Positions 9,133 to 17,500 of a stretch of 48,435 nucleotides of DNA are shown here, piece by piece. A model generated the notes under the pieces. That model did no database searches, was not told the origin of the DNA, and saw only the letters and a list, made by a program, of their open reading frames with translations. The DNA lies in the IMG/VR virus record IMGVR_UViG_3300006851_000001, positions 1 through 48,435 of that record. One strand, 5' to 3'. A program made the position numbers and the translations under genes. The DNA comes from a virus. Lineage: Duplodnaviria > Caudoviricetes. Position 1 is the first letter of the stretch. Each line of letters begins with the position of its first letter.

Positions 9133-9592
9133 GTAGTAAGTTGCGGCACGAGGCGTAGGCAGCGTTCACCAGCTCCATCTCCTCTATCACTTCTCTAAGG
9201 CGTTCTGAATTTCGATGAGGAAGTATCCCGTGGGCTTGGGCTTCACTTCCTCGATTAACTTGGTGGGTTCCTTCTCCATCTCTACTGGCAGAGGGACCAC
9301 TTTCACAGGACTCGACGCGCACCCGAACAGGCTCGCGGATAGAAGTAAGACGTTCAATCTCAGCAAGGGCTTCACTGTCCCTTTCCTCCTGTCTCCGTTT
9401 GGCGGATTCGATTCGCTTCGCCGTCTGGAGAACTAGCTCGTCGATTAAAAGAGAGACCGCCTCCGCCGTTGCCTTGGCCTCGTTGAGGCGGTCCAACGCA
9501 GCAACGCTTTGCCCCCGATAATACACCGTGGATGCGGAGAGGGCCAGTACCAAGATAGCCAGAACTGTTATTACTTTCTGTTTCGCGCCCAT
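9122..9592 (-). CDS. i-spanin (Rz-like)
   Basis: N-terminal TM (VITVLAILVLALSASTVYY), coiled coil, VRVRVESC and a C-terminal Cys. Follows the holin. Confidence 0.8.
   Translation of the reverse strand: MGAKQKVITVLAILVLALSASTVYYRGQSVAALDRLNEAKATAEAVSLLIDELVLQTAKRIESAKRRQEERDSEALAEIERLTSIREPVRVRVESCESGPSASRDGEGTHQVNRGSEAQAHGILPHRNSERLREVIEEMELVNAAYASCRNLLLGD
9187..9375 (-). CDS. o-spanin (Rz1-like lipoprotein), fully embedded in the i-spanin gene
   Basis: Signal peptide with lipobox LLLSASLFG-C and a Pro-rich mature part, in an alternate frame inside 9122-9592. Confidence 0.75.
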   Translation of the reverse strand: MKPLLRLNVLLLSASLFGCASSPVKVVPLPVEMEKEPTKLIEEVKPKPTGYFLIEIQNALEK

Positions 9593-9765
9593 TGGAATAG
9601 TCCGTAAACGATTGAAGGGAGGCCAAGGAGACTGGCGTACGCTGCCGCCGTTCCACCGGGGATGTCAGTCACCGGGCCCCAGAACAGCCGCACAGTGACC
9701 GCAGTGACCAGCACTGTGACCCAGATTCCTAATAGGAGGGTGAACCATTTAACTCGAGGCGTCAT
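9571..9765 (-). CDS. Holin (two TM segments, 64 aa)
   Basis: True start is probably ATG at 9765 (MTPRVKWF...) with AAGGAG RBS and ATGA overlap with the endolysin stop. Two hydrophobic helices and a basic C-terminus. Confidence 0.7.
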   Translation of the reverse strand: MTPRVKWFTLLLGIWVTVLVTAVTVRLFWGPVTDIPGGTAAAYASLLGLPSIVYGLFQWARNRK

Positions 9766-10193
9766 GGAAACTCCTTCAAGTCCCATTGGATGATTAGACG
9801 GGCGGGCCCCTCGCCTATCGCCGCCATGACTTCGTCGTACGCGACCTGACTGCTGAGCACAGCAGGGAGGCCGTTGAGCACGCCACGAGAGAGCCCGGGG
9901 GCAATGCAGCCCTCCAGCTCGTGCGACCAATTGGCGGGGTGGAGCAGGATATAAGTACGCCCTTCGACGTCCTTGAGCATCCACGTCCACGTGTGCCGCC
10001 CTTTGGTTATCCTCGTGACGAGGGGGCTGTTGTGCTTCACCAACAAATACTCACCGGCGGGAACGCATGACTTGCGAGGCACGTTGCCACTCCACGGGAG
10101 TTCCACGGTGTGCCAACTTCGGTCGCCTAGTGACAGGAGACCGAAGGTTCCGTTGGGGCCTGACTCCGTGCGGACGAGGGTGAGCGTCTTCAT
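9762..10193 (-). CDS. DUF5675-family putative endolysin
   Basis: LTLVR...GTFG.L...TVELPW.GN...SCVPAGEY...V.GR..IL.HPAN...EL.GCIAPG pattern. Occupies the endolysin slot before the holin and spanins. Confidence 0.8.
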   Translation of the reverse strand: MKTLTLVRTESGPNGTFGLLSLGDRSWHTVELPWSGNVPRKSCVPAGEYLLVKHNSPLVTRITKGRHTWTWMLKDVEGRTYILLHPANWSHELEGCIAPGLSRGVLNGLPAVLSSQVAYDEVMAAIGEGPARLIIQWDLKEFP

Positions 10194-11944
10194 TAGTCGC
10201 CCTCTATCCAGAGTTCGATGTCCGTCAGCCTGACATATCTACTGGATACTGCGCTATTGAGGACCGTATAGAACTCTATCATGAATTGCTCCGCATCCGC
10301 GGGCACCTCCCCTTCCTCGAAAAAATACCCACTCGGGTCGCCCGAAGCGTCCCAAGAGAGTCCCCCCGAGGCTATCGGAAATTCATTCAGGAGGGCCCCC
10401 GCCCCGTCAAAGAAGTACAAGGACAGCTTGGTCGGGATAGGAGTGGAATGCCCTTTCTCCAAAATCCCAGAGAGGAAGAACCCTTTCCCCTTCCACTCAG
10501 GGGGAACCTCCCCTGTGAATCCTTTAGATTGAGGGGAGGGGGCGTTGGGGGTATTTACTGACTGGATGGAGTACCCTGAGAAGCTATCCAAGTTCGAGGG
10601 GAAAGTGAAATCTCCTTCCCAAGAGCCCCTCCCCAAGGGCTCGCCTCCCAAGCCCGGAATGCTCTGGCGGAGGTAGCCAGAGGGAGGGGTCGTCCTCCTG
10701 ACCTCTACTCCCGGGTACTCCGCTACCACCGAGTCCGGGACCCCTACCGAAAAGAGCGCTGAAATCTTGAGGGAAAAACTCTCTTCCTTGCTCAAAGGGA
10801 TAGGAGGGTCGAACATTACCAGAGATAGGTACTTAGAATTACCATAGTCCCCGTTGTTCTGAGTCTCGGAGAGCATCGCCGCGGGAGAGGGGAGCGTGAG
10901 AGGCTGGGTAGTTCCGCTCCCACTCGGAACGCCGACGAAGGGAATGTATAACCCCGCGACCTGCTGGTCCCTCTCTCCTCCTGCGGGGATAAAAACATAA
11001 GCATCGGTTACTTCGGAAGGGGACCTGTGTGAATTCTCCCATGAATCCCCAATGGGAAGTTCCTCTGGAAAGAGTCTCAGGGAGATAGCAGTCCTGCCCC
11101 GAGCTCGCGCTCTCGCCCCTGACCTGAATGCGTCCCCCCTCTCCCACTCGGTCCCCGTCCACACGGACATCTCATTGGAGGAGGCGGTTGCACCAACCGT
11201 AGTGGGGAGACCTCTCCTTCTCCCGTCACTAGAAACTCTCGCTACCTCTGACGAGGAGGTAATCCGCCCTATGGAAGGGGAGTAGACTTTCACTTCGGAG
11301 AGGAAGGAGTCTACCTCCTGCCCGTCTATTCCGAGGACCCTGACTCTTGCCTCCGCGTCCCCAACCTCTCGGAGCCAAGGGAGGGCGGGGTCAGCGAACT
11401 CCAGACCCTCAACGTCCACTTCAGTCGTATGGGTGAAGCGCACCGAGTCCCCGTTTAGGACCTCTACTGGTGGGTCGACCGAAATCGAATGGAAAACTCC
11501 TCCCCCGTTGGAGTAAGTGGCGGTGGTCCTCTGAAGAAAGACGGACTTAACCTCTCCATCTTTAGTGATTCCGATTTCCCATTCTCTCTCGTAAACCACC
11601 TTGAGCGGGTGGCCGAGGGAGTCCTTGGTCACCTCACTGGAGGAGTCCTTCACCGAAGAACTATACCCAAGGGTCGCAGGGGAATGCGAGGAGTTTGAGG
11701 GACTGTAGGGGTTGTACCCCGGAAACCCTTCCCCCAAGGTTCGGGCTTCCTCACGCCCAGTGAGGTCCACAGAGGTTAGCGCCACGATGTCGAGTACACT
11801 GAGCCCCCTAGAATCTCGGTTTCGGCCCCCCCGAGGACTCAACGCTTGATAAGTGGCTAGAATTGACGAAAGGTTACTCCCCTCCGCCTCTTGAACGACC
11901 TTTCCCTCTCGAATGATTTCCAATGCAAACCTGTTCTTGGCCAT
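10193..11944 (-). CDS. Virion/tail accessory protein (583 aa)
   Basis: Beta-rich ORF in the tail cluster with an internal duplicated motif (SVDPPVEV / MFDPPIPL) and a carbohydrate-binding-like C-terminus. Confidence 0.6.
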   Translation of the reverse strand: MAKNRFALEIIREGKVVQEAEGSNLSSILATYQALSPRGGRNRDSRGLSVLDIVALTSVDLTGREEARTLGEGFPGYNPYSPSNSSHSPATLGYSSSVKDSSSEVTKDSLGHPLKVVYEREWEIGITKDGEVKSVFLQRTTATYSNGGGVFHSISVDPPVEVLNGDSVRFTHTTEVDVEGLEFADPALPWLREVGDAEARVRVLGIDGQEVDSFLSEVKVYSPSIGRITSSSEVARVSSDGRRRGLPTTVGATASSNEMSVWTGTEWERGDAFRSGARARARGRTAISLRLFPEELPIGDSWENSHRSPSEVTDAYVFIPAGGERDQQVAGLYIPFVGVPSGSGTTQPLTLPSPAAMLSETQNNGDYGNSKYLSLVMFDPPIPLSKEESFSLKISALFSVGVPDSVVAEYPGVEVRRTTPPSGYLRQSIPGLGGEPLGRGSWEGDFTFPSNLDSFSGYSIQSVNTPNAPSPQSKGFTGEVPPEWKGKGFFLSGILEKGHSTPIPTKLSLYFFDGAGALLNEFPIASGGLSWDASGDPSGYFFEEGEVPADAEQFMIEFYTVLNSAVSSRYVRLTDIELWIEGD

Positions 11945-11948
11945 GCGG

Positions 11949-12953
11949 TTACTCCAGTACCTGTTTAGTTTCGACAGAAGGAAGGCCGAAGACTCTTTCT
12001 ACTTCGCCTGCCAGCCCGTCATTTCCTGCTAAGAAGTGGGTGGCGTACCTCACGGCCCCGGAAACCGGTAGAAACTCTAGGGCCGCGGCCCCATCCAGTC
12101 CGTCAGTTCCTGAGACCGAGATAGTGCTCAGAGCTACTTCCACTTGAGGGAGCCCCAGAACCTCCTCAACCCTCCCATCCACGTAAGATTTCGGAAGAGC
12201 AGGGAGCTCCCAAGGCCTCTCACAAATCGAACGCCAAGGATTCGGCACCTTGAACGAGAACTGTTCCGGTGCGGTCACCAACATAATTCTAGCAGAGTCC
12301 GCAATCCGTATCTTGGTGCCCGCTCGCACGCCTACGGCGAAGCGAGGGGATACCTTAGCCCTGTACGTGGTGCTCCACTTCTCGACGCCATCAAACAGAA
12401 TCCTGAATCTTCCTGCTCTCTGGTCCGCCTGAAACTCCACAAACGCGCCGTGAGTGGTTATCGGTTCCTGTACTTGAATCCCACTCAACGTCTCAATCTG
12501 GATGTTAGCAGAGTTATCCTTGTAGCGGTACATCTCCACCAAAACAAAAGGCAAAGCTTCCCCGGGTTCGTGGAGAATTAGCTGGAGGTTGATTGCCACT
12601 CGCTCGGGTTCGTCAGTGTTCGCAACCCGAGGCACGTGAAACCCTACGCCGAAGTTCACCATCTGAAGGTGGTCGAGCTCCATGTACTCTTCTTCAGGGG
12701 TGCCCACTCCCTTGCACGCCCTGCCTGCGTCGATAGAGACGTGGACGTCTCGAGGTTGGAGTTCTATGTACACTCCCTGTTTGGTGCGCTTCATGAAGGG
12801 GGCAGGGGCTTTCCCCATGACCGCGAAAATCTCCTCCGGGGTGGCGTTGAGGTCGAACGTACAAGTCCCCGGACGAGGGATGCCCTGCGAGAAAGTCGCC
12901 CTGTCTTTAATCAGAAAATGTCGCGGGTCAAAGTCCATGGCTACTCCTGACAC
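11949..12953 (-). CDS. Tail-associated protein with a DUF4882-like/lectin-like domain
   Basis: TCTFDLNAT at the start of the domain and LVTAPEQF..P...RSICE at its end mirror the C-terminal domain of 7892-8875. Confidence 0.5.
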   Translation of the reverse strand: MSGVAMDFDPRHFLIKDRATFSQGIPRPGTCTFDLNATPEEIFAVMGKAPAPFMKRTKQGVYIELQPRDVHVSIDAGRACKGVGTPEEEYMELDHLQMVNFGVGFHVPRVANTDEPERVAINLQLILHEPGEALPFVLVEMYRYKDNSANIQIETLSGIQVQEPITTHGAFVEFQADQRAGRFRILFDGVEKWSTTYRAKVSPRFAVGVRAGTKIRIADSARIMLVTAPEQFSFKVPNPWRSICERPWELPALPKSYVDGRVEEVLGLPQVEVALSTISVSGTDGLDGAAALEFLPVSGAVRYATHFLAGNDGLAGEVERVFGLPSVETKQVLE

Positions 12954-14542
12954 GGCTCGCCCCAGTAAGGAGCATTGTGCGCCTGTAGGGCGGAGCCTAT
13001 TGAAAACTCAAAGGGAGGTCTCGGCTGGGAGCCCGTGGGGTACTTATATCGACTCACGCACCACGGTGTGAGGTCTTGGTCAAAGCTGGAGGTATTCGCA
13101 AGCGCACGGTCCATGCCTGTGTAAGACCAGTCTAGCTGAGGTACTACGCCGCCTACTTTCCATTGACCGATTGGCTGGTTGAACCCAAGCGCACCATCGA
13201 GAACTCCTCTCATGTCTTCGAGGACCTCGAACTCCCACGAGCCAATGGGCTGGTTGAAACTCTCCGCACCCTTCAACATCTCCCGGATACTAAACACTCC
13301 CGTCATATCGAAGTGGTCGAGGGGCTGGTTGAAAGCAATCGCCCCTTCGAGGAACCTCACAAATGAAGTCGAACGGGAAGTCACCCACCCGTCAAGGGGC
13401 TGGTTGAAGCTCTCCGCTCCCGAGAAAGTTTGATTGAAAGAACGGATGCGCGAAGTGTCCCACCCACCAACGTATTGGTTAAAATGCTCAAGGCCCATGA
13501 AAGTCTGGAAGAGACTGTCGATGCCCGTGAGGTCTATGTTATTCGCGGGAATTGAGTGCGTGTTCCCTTTCACATCGGTGAACGTGACAAGGGAGTGTGG
13601 GTCGCCCGCGAGAGCGGGGTCATCCCACAGGGCCATCCTCATCCTGAGGTCGAGTGCATCCGAAGGTCGGTAGAACCACTCGCCGTTGATGGGCAAGAAC
13701 TCTCCGGGGCCATACTCTCCCGGCTCTACTTCATTTCCTTTGCCGTAAACATCGCCGGAGAGACTCATCACACTCTCGCTCACGCAGAGCAAGTTTGCCC
13801 ACGCATATTGATGTTGGATTGTTTTCGAGATGTCCACTGACCACCAGTGCATCCCTTCCGGAGTGTCGAAGGTCACGGGGCCCCCCGCTCGCTGGAAGTC
13901 ACACGTCCAGCCGGGAGGCATCCCCTCTGGGACGTACACCGTGCATTCATTCAGGAGGATATACGGAACCCTGTGGCTCTCGCGGTCGAGGAAGAGCTCA
14001 GAACCTGTCACCATCACCGGAGCTTTTGGTGCGAACGCTCTCTCTACCTCTGCGTCCGCAAGCATCCGGATATACTCCTCGAGGGTCACTCCGTTAATCC
14101 AAATGCGGGGGACCGCGAACGGGTCGGAAGGGATGTCAAAGACCCGATGGATGTCTCGGCGGAGCTGCTTGATTAAGTTCACCGTGTAGTCATACGCGAA
14201 CTCGTGTCTGACTGCGAAAAACCTCTCCGAAGCGCGGAAGGGAATCCCTTGGAACTCAGGGAACACCCCCGCAATCGCGATTAGGTACCCGGTGGGAAGG
14301 GTGGGGTACTTCCCTGAGGGGAGTAAGTTGACCCTCCCCGTATGTGCGTTCGGCTGCTGGGTCACGGAGTAGTCCACCCCGTGAGACAGCATCTCCGCTT
14401 CCGTCCCCGGAGCATCTTCCTTCACCCACACTGCTACGAACTCGGGAGACCCAAACGCCCTGAAGTTGAAAGTGAACTGAGAGACGGACCCATTCCCTTC
14501 AAAAGGGCCCGCTAACAGTTCCGAATCCGCGAGAATAGTCAT
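12941..14542 (-). CDS. Tail fiber protein: T7-like N-terminal anchor plus DUF285/BspA-type 25-aa repeats
   Basis: N-terminus GPFEGNGSVSQFTFNF...GVDYSV...HEFAYDY...IKQL (podophage fiber adaptor). C-terminus has about six FNQP(L/I)xxW-type repeats ending FDQDLTPWCVS. Confidence 0.8.
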   Translation of the reverse strand: MTILADSELLAGPFEGNGSVSQFTFNFRAFGSPEFVAVWVKEDAPGTEAEMLSHGVDYSVTQQPNAHTGRVNLLPSGKYPTLPTGYLIAIAGVFPEFQGIPFRASERFFAVRHEFAYDYTVNLIKQLRRDIHRVFDIPSDPFAVPRIWINGVTLEEYIRMLADAEVERAFAPKAPVMVTGSELFLDRESHRVPYILLNECTVYVPEGMPPGWTCDFQRAGGPVTFDTPEGMHWWSVDISKTIQHQYAWANLLCVSESVMSLSGDVYGKGNEVEPGEYGPGEFLPINGEWFYRPSDALDLRMRMALWDDPALAGDPHSLVTFTDVKGNTHSIPANNIDLTGIDSLFQTFMGLEHFNQYVGGWDTSRIRSFNQTFSGAESFNQPLDGWVTSRSTSFVRFLEGAIAFNQPLDHFDMTGVFSIREMLKGAESFNQPIGSWEFEVLEDMRGVLDGALGFNQPIGQWKVGGVVPQLDWSYTGMDRALANTSSFDQDLTPWCVSRYKYPTGSQPRPPFEFSIGSALQAHNAPYWGEPCQE

Positions 14543-14577
14543 CTATATTTCCTCAAGAGTTTTGCAGAGAATAGCAA

Positions 14578-17500
14578 CTATTCTCCACGTTTTCCATATG
14601 CCAGTCCTTGGAATGTCATCTCTTCCCCTTCCTCCAGCACGTCGTAAAGGTGGAAAATTGAAGCTGTCGTTTGGGAGCCCCCGGGGATATGGGCCACCGC
14701 CATTGCTGCTCTCACCAAACCTTTCACTTCTCCTCGGGTCATGGGCTTCGGGTCTTCAGAGAAAATCTGGCGACCCCCAGCAAGTATGCCATCGAGACCG
14801 TCCGAGACTATCCCTTCGATAGGGGACAGTCGGTACTCGTACCCAGAGCCCAATGCGCTCACCAAGTCTCTGCCTCCGGGGATGCCTGCGAGAGGGAACA
14901 TCCCCATATAGAGCGCTAGTCTCGCGGCCCACTCCCCCGTCCCTTCATCTTCTTCCGGCATGAAGTCCCCCATTATCCAAAGGTCGAGAAGAGCAGGGAG
15001 GGAGATGACGAACGCCAACTTCGCCGCAGTCTCCACCATAGAGTAGTAGCCCAGTCGCTGGCCGTCACGAATGTCGCGAACTTGGTTCCACATAGCAGAG
15101 AACCAGCTCATGAACATGGTGAGGCTTCGATGCACCGGGCTATTATTCCTCATGAGCGCAGCAGTGTCTGCTATTCTTGCCGTACCCTGTGTCATCTCTA
15201 CCGCAGCATCGGCGTAACGGAACGCCTTCGCCTCGTCACCAGAGGCTTTCATCTCCTTGATATACGCGCCGTACCACGTAGGAAGGCTGAGCGTGTACAA
15301 GTCAATCAGCCCAATATGGAGGAGGGCTACATCTCTAACGGGGTCCAGTACGCTTTTCTTGCCTCTCTGCGCTGCGGACTGGATAGTCTTCGCTACCTCT
15401 CGGTCGAAGCTCGCCACCCTGTGAGGGAGGATTTTAGAGTTAGCCATCGCCCACTCAATCCCGCTCTGCATGTCCTCGGGGCTACGGAACATAGCTCTGA
15501 TTCCCTGAAGGATGTTCCCCCATCCGACTTCCGCGGCGGAGTTAGAGAAGCCCGGAAACTGTCTCAGGCCCGTGGAAATCTTGAACCCCATGTACGTCAG
15601 CGTGGCCCCTGTGGTGAGGTGCTGAACCGCGGCATCTAAGAAAGTTTTCATGGGGGCTTCCTGACCTTGCTTGGCGATGTCCCTGAGCCAAGGCATGAAC
15701 TGTTCCGCCTCTTCGGGGCCAATTCTCTCTCGCAGCGTCTTCATGACCTTGGGGTCGCGAATGAGTCTATTAGTCTGCCTCACCGCATCGTGGTGGGTAA
15801 TGAAGTGAATCGTCTCTCCGAAGTGAGAACTCACCACGTCTAGACTCAGACGAATGGGTGCGTAGAACCCAGTCCGAGTCTCAGTAGCACTGGCCACCAC
15901 TGACGCCTGAATCCCGCCCGGCGTAAACCACGAGTCAGCCATCGCGTCTGCCCGCTCTTGGAAGTCAGCCGCCTTTCGGGAGCGAACGGAATCGTACTTA
16001 ACCGGGTAGTACCCTCCTCGGAACTCCCCGAACTCAGTGGTCACGGGGGTGGCTTCCACTCGCGGAGGACGGAGACCGGTCGTCTTCTGGTGCACGTCTG
16101 CGAGGGCAGGGTACAAGAGCTCCATTTGGTCCCAGATTAGCTGCACCAGTTCCCAGTCACTTTTAGTCATCTTACTCAGAACCGCGCGGAGCTTGGGGTT
16201 TTCTAGTGAGATTGAGTCGGGGTTGTCCGGGTGGGCCCAGCCTTCTCCAAGGAGAAGCTTTCTCAGGTTCCCTTCGTTCCCTACGTTCAGAGCTACCGCC
16301 AGAATCTGATGTCCATAAAGGCTCTCTTTAATCTCAGGAATGTAGTGCAGTTTCTGGTGTCGAGCGTGGTCTTCCTTGGTTCGGTTCCTGAGCGCGTTCA
16401 CCACCGGCTCGCCGACTGCCTTGTAAAGTCTTTGAGAGTGGTCCCATGCGTCGGTGAAGGGCTGCATGAATACCTCATGAGAGAATCCTGCGGCCTCCCC
16501 CATGTCCAGTTTCTTAGTGAGCCACGACATCTTCGTCAACTGCGCCATCCCCCAAGCGACTTTCCTCCGCACCCCAGTTCTCCGCTCCACTGTCTCTCGG
16601 AGGGAGTCCTCGTGTACCTTGGGGAGTCGTTCCCATGCGGACGTGAGACGGTCCACCACTGCTTCATGGGCCATGGTCTCTTCCGCCAACTTGACTTTGT
16701 TGCTGTAGCGAGCCACGTGTTCTATGTTCTTGATGGAGTCTCTCACCCCCTCGAGGACCTCGAACGGGACATCCTTCCAGTGAGTTACGTAGGACGAGTC
16801 GAGGGCTTCAGGGGACAGGACTAGAGCGTCCCCGTAGGTCGACATTCTCTCCTCAGCCCACATCGCAATCTGCTGGTTCTTCGCCTCCACCTGCGCCATC
16901 GTCGCGGTCTTCCTTAGCTCGAATCTGCTAAGGAGAGAATCAATCTGCTCTAGGTGGCCGCCTCCGCTCTTGGCAATCTCGCGGCGAAGAGAAGTCTTTC
17001 CGAAACGAGAGGACCACGCACGGATGTTCTCGATTCCCGCCCGTGCCTTTTCCGCCTCTGCGGCCATGTAGTGGGCAAGGAGCTGCTTAGTGAGGGCCGT
17101 CGCCTCCGCCTCTCTGTCACCCCGAGCGTGCGCCTGACCTGCCTCTCGGGCAGCACGGACTTCCGCTCTTCGGTACGCCATAGGTTTGATTTCTCGGAAA
17201 CTCATCCCGCCAATCTTCTTCCTCGCCATCTCTCTCATCTGGCGCCGGGTCTCCACCGCTTGGCTCCTGCGGAGGGATGAAAGCCTCTTCAGAAGAACCT
17301 CAGCCGCCATCTCATCGGCGAGGATAGTCTCAGCCATTGAGGACAAGGTTCCGTCCGAGATGGGGTCCCCGTGCCTCTCCTTGAGAATTGCTTCCGCTTC
17401 TTCCCTCAGCATGGTTTTCTCACTGGGGGAGTCAATGATGTCTCGAAGCATTTCTTCGCCAGAAGTATACCCTAGGGCTCGGGCCGCCACGTCGGGGTCC

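Noticed and set aside
12941-14542. Diversity-generating retroelement, as in BPP-1
   Set aside because: No reverse transcriptase ORF, and I saw no TR/VR pair differing at adenines. The repeats here are protein-level DUF285 repeats.
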